A stretch of 64,000 bases of DNA from Lama glama. Taxonomy: Eukaryota. Each line of letters starts with the position of its first letter. Within the stretch, counting starts at the first letter, position 1. Below, in pieces: positions 1 through 11,355 of the stretch. Where the stretch lies: contig CM052818.1 of assembly GCA_028534125.1 (NCBI GenBank), positions 27,096,001 to 27,160,000 on the forward strand. The letters are read 5' to 3'. The position numbers and the translations under genes were made by a program. Below the pieces are notes generated by a model. It was given only the letters and a program-made list of their open reading frames with translations, ran no database searches and was not told the origin of the DNA.

Positions 1-424
1 GCATCATCCTTGGCCTCTCCTGTGAAGAACAGCCTTGCCCCTGCCCCGGGATCAGGGGTGGGTCTCCATCTCTCCGGCTCTTGGCTTCCCGAGCCCCAGT
101 CTTGTTCCTTGTTCCTCTCTGTCCTGTCACATTTGCCCATTCATGGGTCAGTTAAGGGGTCATCACGTAGCCTTGGGGTCCGGCCTCATCTTTCTTTGGG
201 TCTTTCCTCCTATATCAGCTCTTCTTCATGGGCTGGGAGAGACTCTGTCTTTTCCTGCTACAGAGTTTCTACTTACTGGACCCCCTCCAAGTTTCTGTGT
301 CCTATCTGGAAGGCAGCTCTCTACCTTACTGTGGAACAAAGATGACTCCGACCCCCAAATACAGGTTGTTCCGGGTCTGATTCTCATGTCTCAGGTGTCT
401 GGCTGCAGGGATCTCGGTGGGCTG

Positions 425-510
425 TGTTCACTGATGTAGCCCAAGACCCTTCTAGAATGGTGCCTGACACATAGTGGGCACTCAATAAATACTTTCTGAA
501 TGAATAAACA
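425..510 (+). mobile_element. L2 3' end fragment
   Basis: gtgcctgacacatagtgggcactcaataaatac...tgaatgaata, typical L2 terminus. Confidence 0.7.
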
Positions 511-765
511 AATTAGATTTTGCTCAAACACCCCTTGACAACCACTTCTAGGATCTTCTGACTACAGTCACATATATGAAAGAAAAAAACACTTAATAAA
601 TGCAACCATGGCAACTTACTTGTCCATCAACAGGAGAGTTGCTCTCTCATAATTAACAGAATATTTTCAGCTCATTTGAAGAAACAGTGAAGTTATCTAT
701 ATAGCAAATATTATTTAATATAGTTGGGCTAAAATATCACAGCAAATAATTGTAGTCATGCATTA

Positions 766-914
766 GGGGGAGGGTATAGATCAGTGGTAGAGAATGTGCC
801 TAGCGTGCATGAGGTCCTGGGTCCAATCCCTAGTACCTCCATTAAAAATAAATAAGTGAACCTAATTACCTTCTCCCCAAAACAAAAGAAAAAAGAAGTA
901 AACTTGGTTTCTTA
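766..914 (+). mobile_element. tRNA-derived SINE (Vic-1-like)
   Basis: GGGGAGGGTATAGATCAGTGGTAGAG (A box) ... GGGTCCAATCCC (B box) ... CCTAATTACC, A-rich tail; direct repeat TAGTCATGCATTA at 753-765 and 915-927. Confidence 0.9.
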
Positions 915-944
915 TAGTCATGCATTAAGATAGGCATTCATGAA

Positions 945-1176
945 AGTAGACTGGAGGTTTTCTGGACCTAGGGGAGGGAGGGATTTGGGGGTCATGGTGA
1001 GTGACTGTCAGTGGGTGTGGGGTGTCTTCTCGGGGTTATGAAAATGTTCTAGAACTGACTGTGGTGATGGTTACACAACTGTGTGAGTATAGTAGAAACC
1101 ATTGACTGGTACACTTTCAATGGATGAATTGTATGGTAGGCGACAGTATCTTAATAATGCTGTGGTTTAAAAAAAG
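945..1176 (+). mobile_element. Old L1 3' end (L1M-type)
   Basis: gaaaatgttctagaactg..gtggtgatggttacacaact...ccattgactggtacacttt...gaattgtatggta motif. Confidence 0.8.
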
Positions 1177-2009
1177 ACATAGGCATTGAAACATCAGTCT
1201 TCACTCCTCTTCATTCCTACAGAAAATCCTTTGAGTAGGCCCTCCATGTTTTAAAAAGTCCTCTCTCCCTTCCGCCCTCCCCACTTTGGCTCCTTTCTTA
1301 GCAATCACGGCCCAGGCTGCATGGGGCTCCTGCCCTGAATATTTGCCTAGCCGTCTGCAGGGCAGCGCGGACGCGGGTGCTGGACCAGGATGAAGAGGGA
1401 GCACTGAAGGGCTGGGAGGCTGCTGCCCAAAGCTCCTGTCCCCAAGCCAGGAATAAGGAAGCTTTGCCAGGCTGGGAGCCACTGCTTCAAGTTGCTTGAG
1501 GTTTTCCATAAGCACAGACCCAACTTGTAACAGGATTTCCAAGCTCCCAGTGTAGCCAAATAAATACGCCCCAGTCTTAATTATATGTGTTATGTAAAAA
1601 TGGACATCCTCTAAGGAGACACCAGGAGCAAACAACTCGTTCAGCTACTCAGAAGTCTTTGAAAGAATCAAGATGGTGGGGGAGTGCCTAATATATTTCA
1701 GGAATTATTTTTATGGTATTTTTATTTGGGGAATTTATAGTATAGTTCTTCCAGGAGTCGTTCATCAGATGGAATTATAATTGTCCCAACATCATAGAGT
1801 TGTTGGGAAGATTAAATAAAAGAATGCATGCAGGGCCCCCGGCCCAGGGAGAGAATGGGCGGTGCGTTCTGTTACTGTCTGTTACGGATTACAGCAAAGT
1901 CGGCTGTGTCTAAGACCCTCTGTCCTTGCCACCCCGTCCATGTCAAGGCAGGTCAGGCGCCTGCATCGTCAGTGCCCGGGGTGTTCGTTCACAGCCGGGG
2001 TGCCCTCCT

Positions 2010-2250
2010 ACGAGGGGCGCCACCGGAGAGCCGGGCTGCTGGGCTTGCATCCCAGCTCTGCCCCCTCCCAGCTGCGGGACTCGGGGCCAGTTTCCTCACC
2101 GACCTACTCCTTGGTTTCCTCCTCAAGACAATGAATTAGTCAGATTAGAAGTAATGCATCTAGTTTACAGGGTTGTTCTGAGGATCGAATAGGCTCGTAT
2201 CTGTGGGGTGCTTAGAAGAGTGTCTAGCACGCTGCAAGTGCTTGTTTCTG
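2010..2250 (+). mobile_element. MIR SINE (GC-enriched copy)
   Basis: MIR core: cccagctctgcc...ggtttcctc...gggttgttctgaggat...gtgcttagaagagtgtctagcac. Confidence 0.7.
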
Positions 2251-3168
2251 TTTGTGAAAGAGAAAGGTGACTAGAGAGCTGGGTGCTGATGTGGAAGCGG
2301 GGCAGGGCCACGCTAGGTGGCAGTGATGTTTGGAAGCTGGAGATCAGGCTGAAAAGAATGAGTCCTGGACACTTCCTCCTAGAAGGAAAAAGGAGCTGGA
2401 GGCAGGAACTAGTTAGAAAAACTAGCTGAGACAATAGTGCCGCTCCGGCTGAGGAACTGCCCGCCCCCTGGCCAGGGGGCCTTTCGAAATGAGACGGGCA
2501 CTCAGTGCCCAGGATGCCTAACATAGAAAGAGCCTGTGTAGAACTGGTATCTGCATGATCGCATGAGCTCCTAAGGTCGTGTTTCATGTAATACTGAGAT
2601 GAATTCCATAAACTGGATTTTGGCAAAACCTAAAACCTGATTTGTGGATACAAGTGGTAAGACAAAAAGCAGTTAGAAAAGGAATAAAAACTTCAGCTAT
2701 CTGGCTTTTCCTAGAGGGATTCTTTTTGTTTTGTTTGTTTATTTGAAGACTTTCAGGAGTATTCAATTTGTCCCTTAAAACAAAACAAAACCCAGCGGTG
2801 TTTACATATGATCCCTTCAACCCAGCTTTCGGAGAATTGGGGATTTTGCAGTGGGCAAATTTCACATAATAGCCTACCTTCCAAAGTACAATTAACAGAA
2901 GGTCTGTTTTCAAATCTGCATTAAGCCCCTTCAACACAGTTTGCTCAGCCCTTAGCTTGGTCTGGAATCATTACTGGGCTCAAGTTTACCCGTGGAATCT
3001 GGGAGGACACAGCACATACCCCTCTCCTGGGTCTCAGGTGCTCTCCCCCAACCCAGCTAAAAAGGTGGGACATGAACACTACACGCAGGCATTCAGACAG
3101 AGCTATTAACTCTAAAGCCCAATTTCCCTCTTTTCTAGCACATGGCAACACACAGTCTTCCTACTGAC

Positions 3169-3360
3169 CCAGCTCCCGGCTTCTCTGGCCCACAGGCTGT
3201 GGTCTGAGGCTGCTGCTGGTGGAGCCTGCAGATGGGGATGGCTTTGGCAACGTGGTGTGGGTGGCTCCGACCATGGTGGTCCCCGGTACCTGCATCAGGG
3301 TGACCGGCTGTGCAGTTGTCCCTGGAACTGATGAGCTGTGATCAGCTTTTGTGGTCTCAC
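3169..3360 (-). CDS. VIT: VIT exon 7 (Ser/Thr/Pro-rich linker: GETTKADHSSSVPGTTAQPVTLMQVPGTTMVGATHTTLPKPSPSAGSTSSSLRPQPVGQRSREL)
   Basis: Acceptor ccattttcttacag|, donor TGG|gtcagt, 192 nt, open in the frame set by exon 6; GETTK and PGTTAQPVTLMQ match vitrin. Not shown in the ORF track. Confidence 0.94.
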
Positions 3361-3751
3361 CTGTAAGAAAATGGAATTACACTGGGGCTTACAAAATAGC
3401 CAGTAGGCTCTCCAGGATGAAAATTAAATAAATGTTTATAGAACACTAGTTGCGAGCAAAGTCCTGGGCTAGTTTCTGTGGAGGATGAAATCTGTCTGCC
3501 CTAAAGGACTGTACAATCTGGATGGAGGAATGAGCCAATAAACAAACCAAAGATTAAATAACAACAAAACGTTTAAAAGACAGTTCAGAATGACAGCAAC
3601 GTGGACAAGGCAGAACACGGTTAACTGTCGAATTAATACGCCATACACCAGAAGCAATGGTTCCTAAACATACTTTTTACTTTGTCAGTTAATGTTGGCC
3701 ACGGGATAGGAGGTACTTTCAGGGTTTGCACCATTTTACAGAATATGTTTA

Positions 3752-3975
3752 ATTTTTTATTTTTTAACACCTTTATTGTGGTATGGTTTCTGTATAGTAA
3801 ACTACACATATTTCAAACGTACACTTTGATGAATTTTTATAGATGTATACACCAATTAAACCACTACCACAATCAAGATGGCTAACATTTCCATCACCCC
3901 CAAAGGGGTGCAATTTTTGAATTCCTATTTATCCCTTCCCACCCCCTTTATCCCCTGGTAACCATAGGTTTGTCT
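3752..3975 (-). mobile_element. Old L1 3' end fragment
   Basis: ctttattgtggtat...ccactaccacaatcaagat...catttccatcacccccaaa...cccctggtaacca. Confidence 0.8.
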
Positions 3976-4371
3976 AGAGAATGTGTTTTAGATGTTCTAG
4001 TTTAGATTGGTTTGTGACTAGTCCACTAACTCCTCTGGGCCCCAGTTTCCGCATCTGTAAAATGGGGTAATGGAGCTAGTTAGATGGTAAGGACCATCTA
4101 GATTCTACTTCTAAATTGTGCTTTTCATCCACTTGTGATGATTTAGATTGTTTCCGTAATTTTAAATAAGCCTCAGTCTGTTAGGTTGCGGGCCCAGGGG
4201 CGGGGGCTGCCCACTAGGCTTTGGAGATTGTATTGAGAATTGTGGGTCTTTGGCAGAAGAAGATACAAGATGGCCCCAAAGTGACCAGCATCCTAGTCCT
4301 GGGAGGGACCATCACCCCACAGTCATGTGTGTCTGCCAGACCCTGTGGTGGGTGTGCCGGCTTCTATCCTG

Positions 4372-4800
4372 TGTATTCGTGTTACTTTCCTAGGGGTGCT
4401 CTGTCCAATTACCACAAGCTCAGTGGCTTAAAACAACAGAAATGTATTCTCTCACAGTTCTGGAGGCCAAGAGGAGGAAATCAGTATCACTGGGGTGAGC
4501 TCCCTCGGGAGGCTCTAAGGTAGAATATGCTTTGTGCCTCTTCCACGTTCTGCTGGCTGCTGGCATCCTTGGCTTGTGGCCACACCCCTCCAATCTTCAG
4601 GCCAGCATCCTCAATTGTCTCTGCTCCACCTGCACGTGGCCTTCTCCTGTGTGTGTGTCAAATCCCCCTCTGCTCCTTCTTGTAAGGATACTTGTGATTG
4701 CGTTTAGGGCCACCCCCCTCCGGCCGGCAGACACTCCCGGATAATCTCCCATCTAAAGATCCTAAATCACATCGGCAAGGCCCCCCACAGAGCCCTGGAA
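4372..4800 (-). mobile_element. MLT1 (MaLR) LTR
   Basis: aattaccacaagctcagtggcttaaaacaacagaaatgtattctctcacagttctggaggc is the MLT1 signature. Confidence 0.85.
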
Positions 4801-5944
4801 TTGGGTTGGAGTGAGGCTGTCCTGCCTGCTCCTGCAGGCATCAGCCCGTCAAGGCAGGGAGCAGATCCCTCCTTTACCCCAATGCTTGCTAACAGTTGGT
4901 TGCCTTTAAATCCCGCCTGGAGACCGTGCCAGACAAATTGCTAAAGAGCTGGCAGCGGCCCCGGGGGTTCAGCCAGTCTTCGCACCATCCTTTGGCAAAA
5001 CTAAACCTGCGTGATTTATGACGTTTCCATTACTTTAAAGGAATTGAGCTTTCATAACAAGTCCTAGGGAAGTTTCTAATTTCTCTAAAGTACTCTTCTG
5101 TTATACCCTCTGGTACATGCTACCAGGCATTAATGCCTCTTCAGGGAGATGCAGGCCCAGGTTCATATAGGGAAAGGCCATTTAACAGAATCACTTGTAT
5201 ATTTTATGAAACAGGATATAATTAGTAATTTGGAGAGAAATATATAAATAAACTTAAACTGACAGTACATTTTACTTGCAAATTATTAATTCAACCACAA
5301 CCAATTAAATTAAAGATAAAACATCTACTTGGAAATAGTGAATATTTTTGCCACTTGAAACCTGTTGGATGCTAAAGATCTGAGCTTTCCTTTTCTCACT
5401 CCATTGGCTACCTGTGAGGTTTCTGTACACCCTGTCTGCCTTTGCTGATACTGATTTGCTAAAAAGCAGATTAAATTTCCTGATCACAGCCATTTATGTT
5501 ACTTGCTTAGAACACAGATGTTTTCAAGCACGTCATAAATTCAACCAACAGAGCCATCTCCCGTGGTCTTCCATGATTTTCCACGGAACATCTAGTAGAT
5601 TTTGCCTGCTCTGCTTTACAGAATAAAACTTTAAAGAGGGAGACAGAGAAAGTCCTCGACACAAATGCTCCCAGCTCCTTACTGAACATAATCCCTGATG
5701 TAACTCAAAGTGAATTCTTCATGGGGCCAGCTTCCTTTAGAGCAATTTGAAATAAAACCAGTAAAACAGTTTCTTCAAACAACCTCAGATACATGTAAGT
5801 TTGGTCTGTTTTCAAAGATTTTCATGGGAAAACATTTCACAACTTCCCTTAGACTCTTAACATATTACTCTTTGGTTAAGGTCGAGAACATCCCCAGACA
5901 ACCACCTTCTCCACAGCACCAGGAAGTCTTCCCAGCCTCTATAC

Positions 5945-6065
5945 CTGGTCCATCATTAGATCACAGTGGAGGTGTTAACATGCAGATTCCAGGGTCCTGT
6001 TCACAGAGATTCAGATGCACTGGATCTGGGGTGGACCTTGGAAATCTGATCTGAGAACCTCAGCC
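5945..6065. mobile_element. MER5A-like hAT-Charlie fragment
   Basis: atgcagattccagggtcc...cagagattcagat...ggatctggggtggacc...ggaaatctg. Confidence 0.65.
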
Positions 6066-9000
6066 AGCGCCAGGCTGGACCCCTGGCTCCCGCCCTCACC
6101 AGTCTGGCCCTAGGCTTTCTTCAGCTTTCTGAGCCTGGCTCCCTTTGCTGTAAAGTGGGGATGGTCAGACCTACTTGTATGTGTGTGTGTGTGTTGGGGG
6201 TCTATTGTCACAATTAGAGACCATGTCTGTGAGGGGGCTGCATGTGCTTGGCAGATGATAGGTCTTTGATAAATGACAGCAGCTGACATTTATCACTGTG
6301 CTATGCCTCCCTCTCCCCCAGTAGAAAACAGCACTTCAGCAGGTGTCAAATGTGAGGTGACTGAGGGACACTGAAACCAGTTTAGCAGCAATGCCTGGGG
6401 GTCAAAGTGACAGGGGAGAATCTGGCTCTGGCCCAGGAGCTCAGGACATGTCTCAGGGCTCCATACAAGGGCAGGAAACCTAATGTTCACTGAGCATCTA
6501 CTAGGTGCCTCTTTTACATAAGCTTTCACATGTGGTATTAATCACAGTCCTGGAAGTGACCCAAGTCCTCCCATTTTTGGGCTAAGGGATAGATTCTTCA
6601 CGAGGTCAAAGCTGTGCTTCAGTTCACACAGACCAATAGGCAGCAGAGCCAGGATGTGGACTCACATTTGTTTGATTCCAGATTCCGTAGTCTTTTCCAT
6701 AAAAGGGGAACAAAGTGGAAACCACGAGCTGCTTCAATATTCCTAAATGCAGTTCCTGTCATAGGGTGGCCTGAGGTCTCCAGAGTTCTGGTAGAAGGAG
6801 TCTTACTCCCAAGACAGGGGGAAGGGGTTGCCTTGGATGGTGCAGGCAGTGAGGGCAGAAGGGTCCTGAACAGTCAATGTATTACAATAAACTTGGACTT
6901 GACTTTCTTCTAGGACAAAGGATGGCCAAGGGGGAGTCAGGAGGCATTTTCCTGATACCTTTGCTCAGCAAGAGTAAGGATTTACTTTCCCTCGTCTTGT
7001 TGATGTGCCAGCCACGGGCCTTCCCAGCTTTGGGTGGACTTCTACACCCTGACACTTACCTGTTTTTATTTAGCTTGGGGGCTTCAGCCAAATAACAGTG
7101 GCCCATTTTATGGTTGCTAACTGCCTTGGGAACAGCATTTAAATCTCAGGAATGCATGTCCTCAGTAGGTGCTGTGCGCCGCAAATTAAGATGCTTCCTA
7201 TTTTGTGGGCGAGATAACTTCCTGGTGGAAGAGGGTTATTATACTTTGGGGGGTCGTCCTAACCTGACCTCCTGGTTCACTCACACTCTTGGAGAGATTG
7301 GGAAGCATCTGGTAGTGGGGGAGGGGGCGTGCTGATCCCGGAGAGGCTCTTGGCCCTCACATCACCATTTCTCCTGCTTTCTTCAATTTCTAGAGGAATC
7401 TGATCACTGAAGGAAGAGTAGCAACAAAGGGGGCCACCCTTTGATGGTTCTCACTGGAATTTTTAACTTGAATGGTGAAACTCACTCCAGGGTAGGGCTC
7501 TCACTTGAGAGAGAAGTTCCTGTGTCTTGAAGTTGGTTGAGACCCCAGGATCCCTTTAATGTGGGAACCCTTACAGTTGAGCTCAGTCTTGAGCCCAGTA
7601 CATTCAGCCCAGCTGAATGAGTGAATGAAGGAATGAACCTAATTCTCAGACTGACAACTATGGATGTTTGTGTGACAGGAGGCTGATAGAGTGTCACCGG
7701 AGGAGGAGGTGGCTTGGTAAGAGGGCAGGTGACAGTAGCAATGCCCAATGTTCTAACTATGGCTTTTGCTAATTTTAAAATTACATAGCAGCAAAGAGTG
7801 AGAAGGCATCCCGGGTCCTCCGGGCCCCTCCTGGACGTCAGCGAGGCGGGCACAGGGAGCAGGTGCCTGCTGGGGGTGGACGGTGCTACGCATGGGGCCC
7901 AGGCTAGACAGAGGAGTTTGGAAAGGATCTCTGCCAAGGGGACGTAGAAACCAAACCGATTTTGTAATCGAGGCTGTCATTTGGCCGTAGCTGGTTTCTC
8001 TTCCTCCACCCCCTCCCCAACAACTTGACCTGCGTTGAGGCGGTCCGCTCAGAGTCTGAGTGCTGAATGGGCCAGTCGGAGCGGTGCCCCTGAGCTTCCC
8101 ATGGAGGGGGGCCATCCTAGCAGAACCTGCACTGTCCCTCACCCACCTGACCCAGGCCAGCGGGTAGAAGGTCAGGACCAGAAGAAAGGGAGGGTCTGTA
8201 GCTGCCACTGGGGAAGAGCAGCGTTCAGGGTAAGAGGATATCCCTTTTCTCCCCAGGCTTTGTCCTCCCCAAGCCAGATGCAGGGCCTTCCAGAGAACCA
8301 CTCACCAGGATGGCAGGACCTGCAGGGAGGGGAGGGGCCTCTCATTCCCACCGACTTCTCTGAGCCACAGCACCACGGGCCCACCTGGTGCACTCAGGAG
8401 TGGAGCTTGGAGAGAGTTTGGGGAGTCAAGAATTATGCTCCCTCTCCGGGTAAAAATAGGGTGTGTTTTCTGTGTGGTCCCTGAAGTTGGGTGCTTCCTT
8501 GAACAGAGGGTCTGTTTCTGAAGTGGAGGAGGAGTGCTGCTCGAGGGGAAGAGGGGTGATCCTGAAGGGGCTCATGAAGCCAAAGGTGAGGGGAGATGGA
8601 CAAGAAAGGCCACCTCACCCCATCCTCGTTCTCCTCGGGCCCCAGGAGGGAAGAAAAGGAGGAGGACCCCAGCCATTCCCATGACCTTGTGCAGAGGGCA
8701 GGGTGCCGGGAGCTGGCCTGAGGGCTGCTGCCCAGCAATGAAGCCCCTAACTCAGAGAAGGGATTGAAGCCACAGACTTCAGGCCCAGCCAGATGGAGCC
8801 AGGAGAAAGCTGAACATGGCCCCCTGCCCCAGATATCCGCACATAAGACCCACTCAGAAATCTCCGAGAGCTTGGCCTAGAGGAGGCAGCAGAGAGGCCA
8901 GGGACACTCTCCCCCCACCAACTGGACAGCCACTTAAGGAGACTTCTGTCACCTAGTCCTCTTCCCCGGGCCCACACCAGAAGGGGACCAGGGGTATCTC

Positions 9001-9244
9001 AGAAGTGGTCCAGGAAGCACCACCGTCTGCTGCCAGTGTGTGAGTGGGGTCGGGTTAAGGAACAGTTGATTTCCATAAAAAACCAAACAGACAAAAACAG
9101 GTCTAGATAACTGGAATAATTAAGAAGTCGTTAAAGATACAGCTGGAGCGGTAACTGAGGGGGAAAAATGAAATTCCGCATGTGAACGCTAGGCTCCTCA
9201 AGTCAGGATTCCTTATATACACTGTAATTAGCATAAGGAAATGC

Positions 9245-9500
9245 AGGGTCATGGTGTAGAGAGGGGGTTTTGGAGCCACTGTCTGGATTTGATTCTCAGC
9301 TCTGCTGCTTACTTGCTATGTGGCAAAAGGCAAGTTATTAAACTTCTCTGGTGGTGCATTTTCCTCAAACTGTAAATTAGGGCTAAGAACAGTACAAACC
9401 TACGGTATTGTTGGGGTGAGTAAATACCATAATCAGGTAAAGCTCTTGGAACAGTGCCTGGCACACAGCAAAAGCTCAATAAACACTAGCTTCTATTGCC
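9245..9500 (+). mobile_element. MIR SINE
   Basis: ctcagctctgctgcttacttgctatgtgg...ggcaagttattaaacttctct...ttttcctcaaactgtaaa...acagtgcctggcaca. Confidence 0.8.
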
Positions 9501-10187
9501 TATTCTTAAATCACATTCACCTTCAGTACACAAACAAAATCAGCTAGCTCATCAGGTTTCTGGAAGCAATATTAAGCCCCATCATAAAACAACTCACAGC
9601 TTCTCTTTGCTTGGGAAATCAAAGTACACCCCCGCCCCAAGAGAATAATGCATAGCACAGTTCTTGCTTTCATATAGAAACCTAGACAAAGGTATTTTCC
9701 TGGCCTGGATTCTGCCTGTACCTGCTTAGTGGTTCCCAGGAAACTGGGTCGGCACAACCTCACAGTGTCTCTCTGGCCTGGGTTGTGGAGATTAGCTGCT
9801 TGCTGTTATCACGTAAGGAACATCATCCTCTTTGCTTCCCTTCATTTCATCCCTAAGTAGAGATAGTCTTTTCCTTTCAGCTGCCAGGGAATATTTTCAC
9901 ACAGAATGTCCTGTCATCTTCTAAAGTAACAGTACAATAAAATTCTAGGCAACAGTCCTTCTGTAATTCACAGATAATCTCGAAATTACAAAAACAACAA
10001 CAAAAGGAAACCTCATTCTTCATCCCACTGATTTCCGTGCCCATGTTCCTGGCATCTGTTAAAATATTACTGGAGTCGGAGAAGCTTGACTGGTTATGAT
10101 GCTAATTTCTACACTATCTCCTAAAACACAATATTGCCTGTTTTACGAAATCAGAAGATTTAGATGAAATCGCATGTGGACACTTGC

Positions 10188-10265
10188 CTGCTTTGGCAGC
10201 TGGGCTTTTAGATGATGAATATGTAAGAGTCGATGGGTAGGTTACACCTTTTTGTGGTTTACCTT
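10188..10265 (-). CDS. VIT: VIT exon 6 (EGKPQKGVTYPSTLTYSSSKSPAAKA)
   Basis: Long polypyrimidine tract + tgcag| acceptor; 78 nt; donor is non-canonical CAG|gcaagt. Confidence 0.95.
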
Positions 10266-11274
10266 CTGCAAAAAAAAAGAAAAAAGAAAAAAGAATATGA
10301 TTTATTTCTAGAACTAGAGGTTTTAGATGGTTGCATTTTGATAAGTGGATTCCTTCCTTCCAATTTATTTCTCTTGAGTTCATTGAAATCAGTCAGTCTC
10401 CACGTGCCCCCAACCCCTCGCGGAATTGTTAATTACAACGAGGAAGTCAAGTGGCATTTTGTTTTCCTGTGTTGCCTGTTTTATTAATATTAGAAAGGAA
10501 GTAATAAAATGTCCATGCCTCAGAGTTAACATTAGCAACCCTTATTTTGCCCCTGAAGATGTGACATGGGAGAGAATTTTTCAGACATGTGACTTTCTGA
10601 ATGTTGAATCAGGTCCGTAGATGGATGGAAAAATGCTCGCACACTCTCCTCCGGATGCTGAGAGCTCTGCTCACCAGCTGGCTATGAGTGAGGGATGACC
10701 TCTCACTTTCATGGACCCTGTGGGATCCATTTGAAGTCCATGGCACTAGAGAAACTCGAAAGTAGGTAAATAGAAATTGGCCTTGAAAATAACCATTGGT
10801 TGCCCACCCAGGAAGAGAAAGTTTAGATGCCAGGTGAGGAGAAGGAATGCTCACATGTTACCAGGGAAACAATGGAGGCATAAAGAAGAAAAACGGTCCC
10901 GGGTGGGTAGGCAAGTCCCAAGCCTGGTCTGACCACTGCCTGAGAAGGCTGCTGCCTGTGGTCCTCCTCTGCCAGGAGGTGCTGCCTGAAATCCCACCAG
11001 CACAAAATGGAAACTGTCATAGGAATGCAGAAAGTGTCACCGAAATGCAGAAGCCCCCTGAGGCAGGTACTTTGTCTCACTGGGTGGCTGTTGAATCCCC
11101 AGGGCCCAGAGCAGTGTCTGCCATGAAGTAGATGCTGGATAAGTATAACTGAGGAGTTATCTTAGTGCTTGGAGCTCTGTTAAAATCTAGATGCCCTTGG
11201 GAGGGGTCATATTTGTTACCTGACATTGAGACCTGATAATGAAAGCATGTTGGCTCTCAACCTGGGGGATATAT

Positions 11275-11355
11275 ATTTTGTTTAACTGAGGTACAGTCAG
11301 TTACAATGTGTCAATTTCTGGCGTACAGCATAATGTACCAGTCATGCATATATAT
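11275..11355 (-). mobile_element. Very short L1 3'-end stub
   Basis: Matches the 3' terminus of the 24339-25898 L1 (agtcagttacaatgtg...ccagtcatgcatatata); flanked by imperfect direct repeat cctg(a)ggggaYat. Confidence 0.75.

Noticed and set aside
766..840. tRNA gene (also at 35280-35477 and 50923-50990)
   Set aside because: tRNA-like head is followed by a SINE body, A-rich tail and TSDs, and is mutated; these are SINEs.
1..3160. VIT exon 8 or VWA-coding exons
   Set aside because: No matching peptide or convincing exon found by eye; presumably beyond the window edge.
3284..3292. Internal donor CAG|GTACCG in exon 7
   Set aside because: Poor match at +4 to +6 and it would end in phase 0, out of frame with the phase-1 junction.
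9936..9941. AATAAA as the polyA signal of a short VIT isoform
   Set aside because: It is on the + strand, opposite to VIT.
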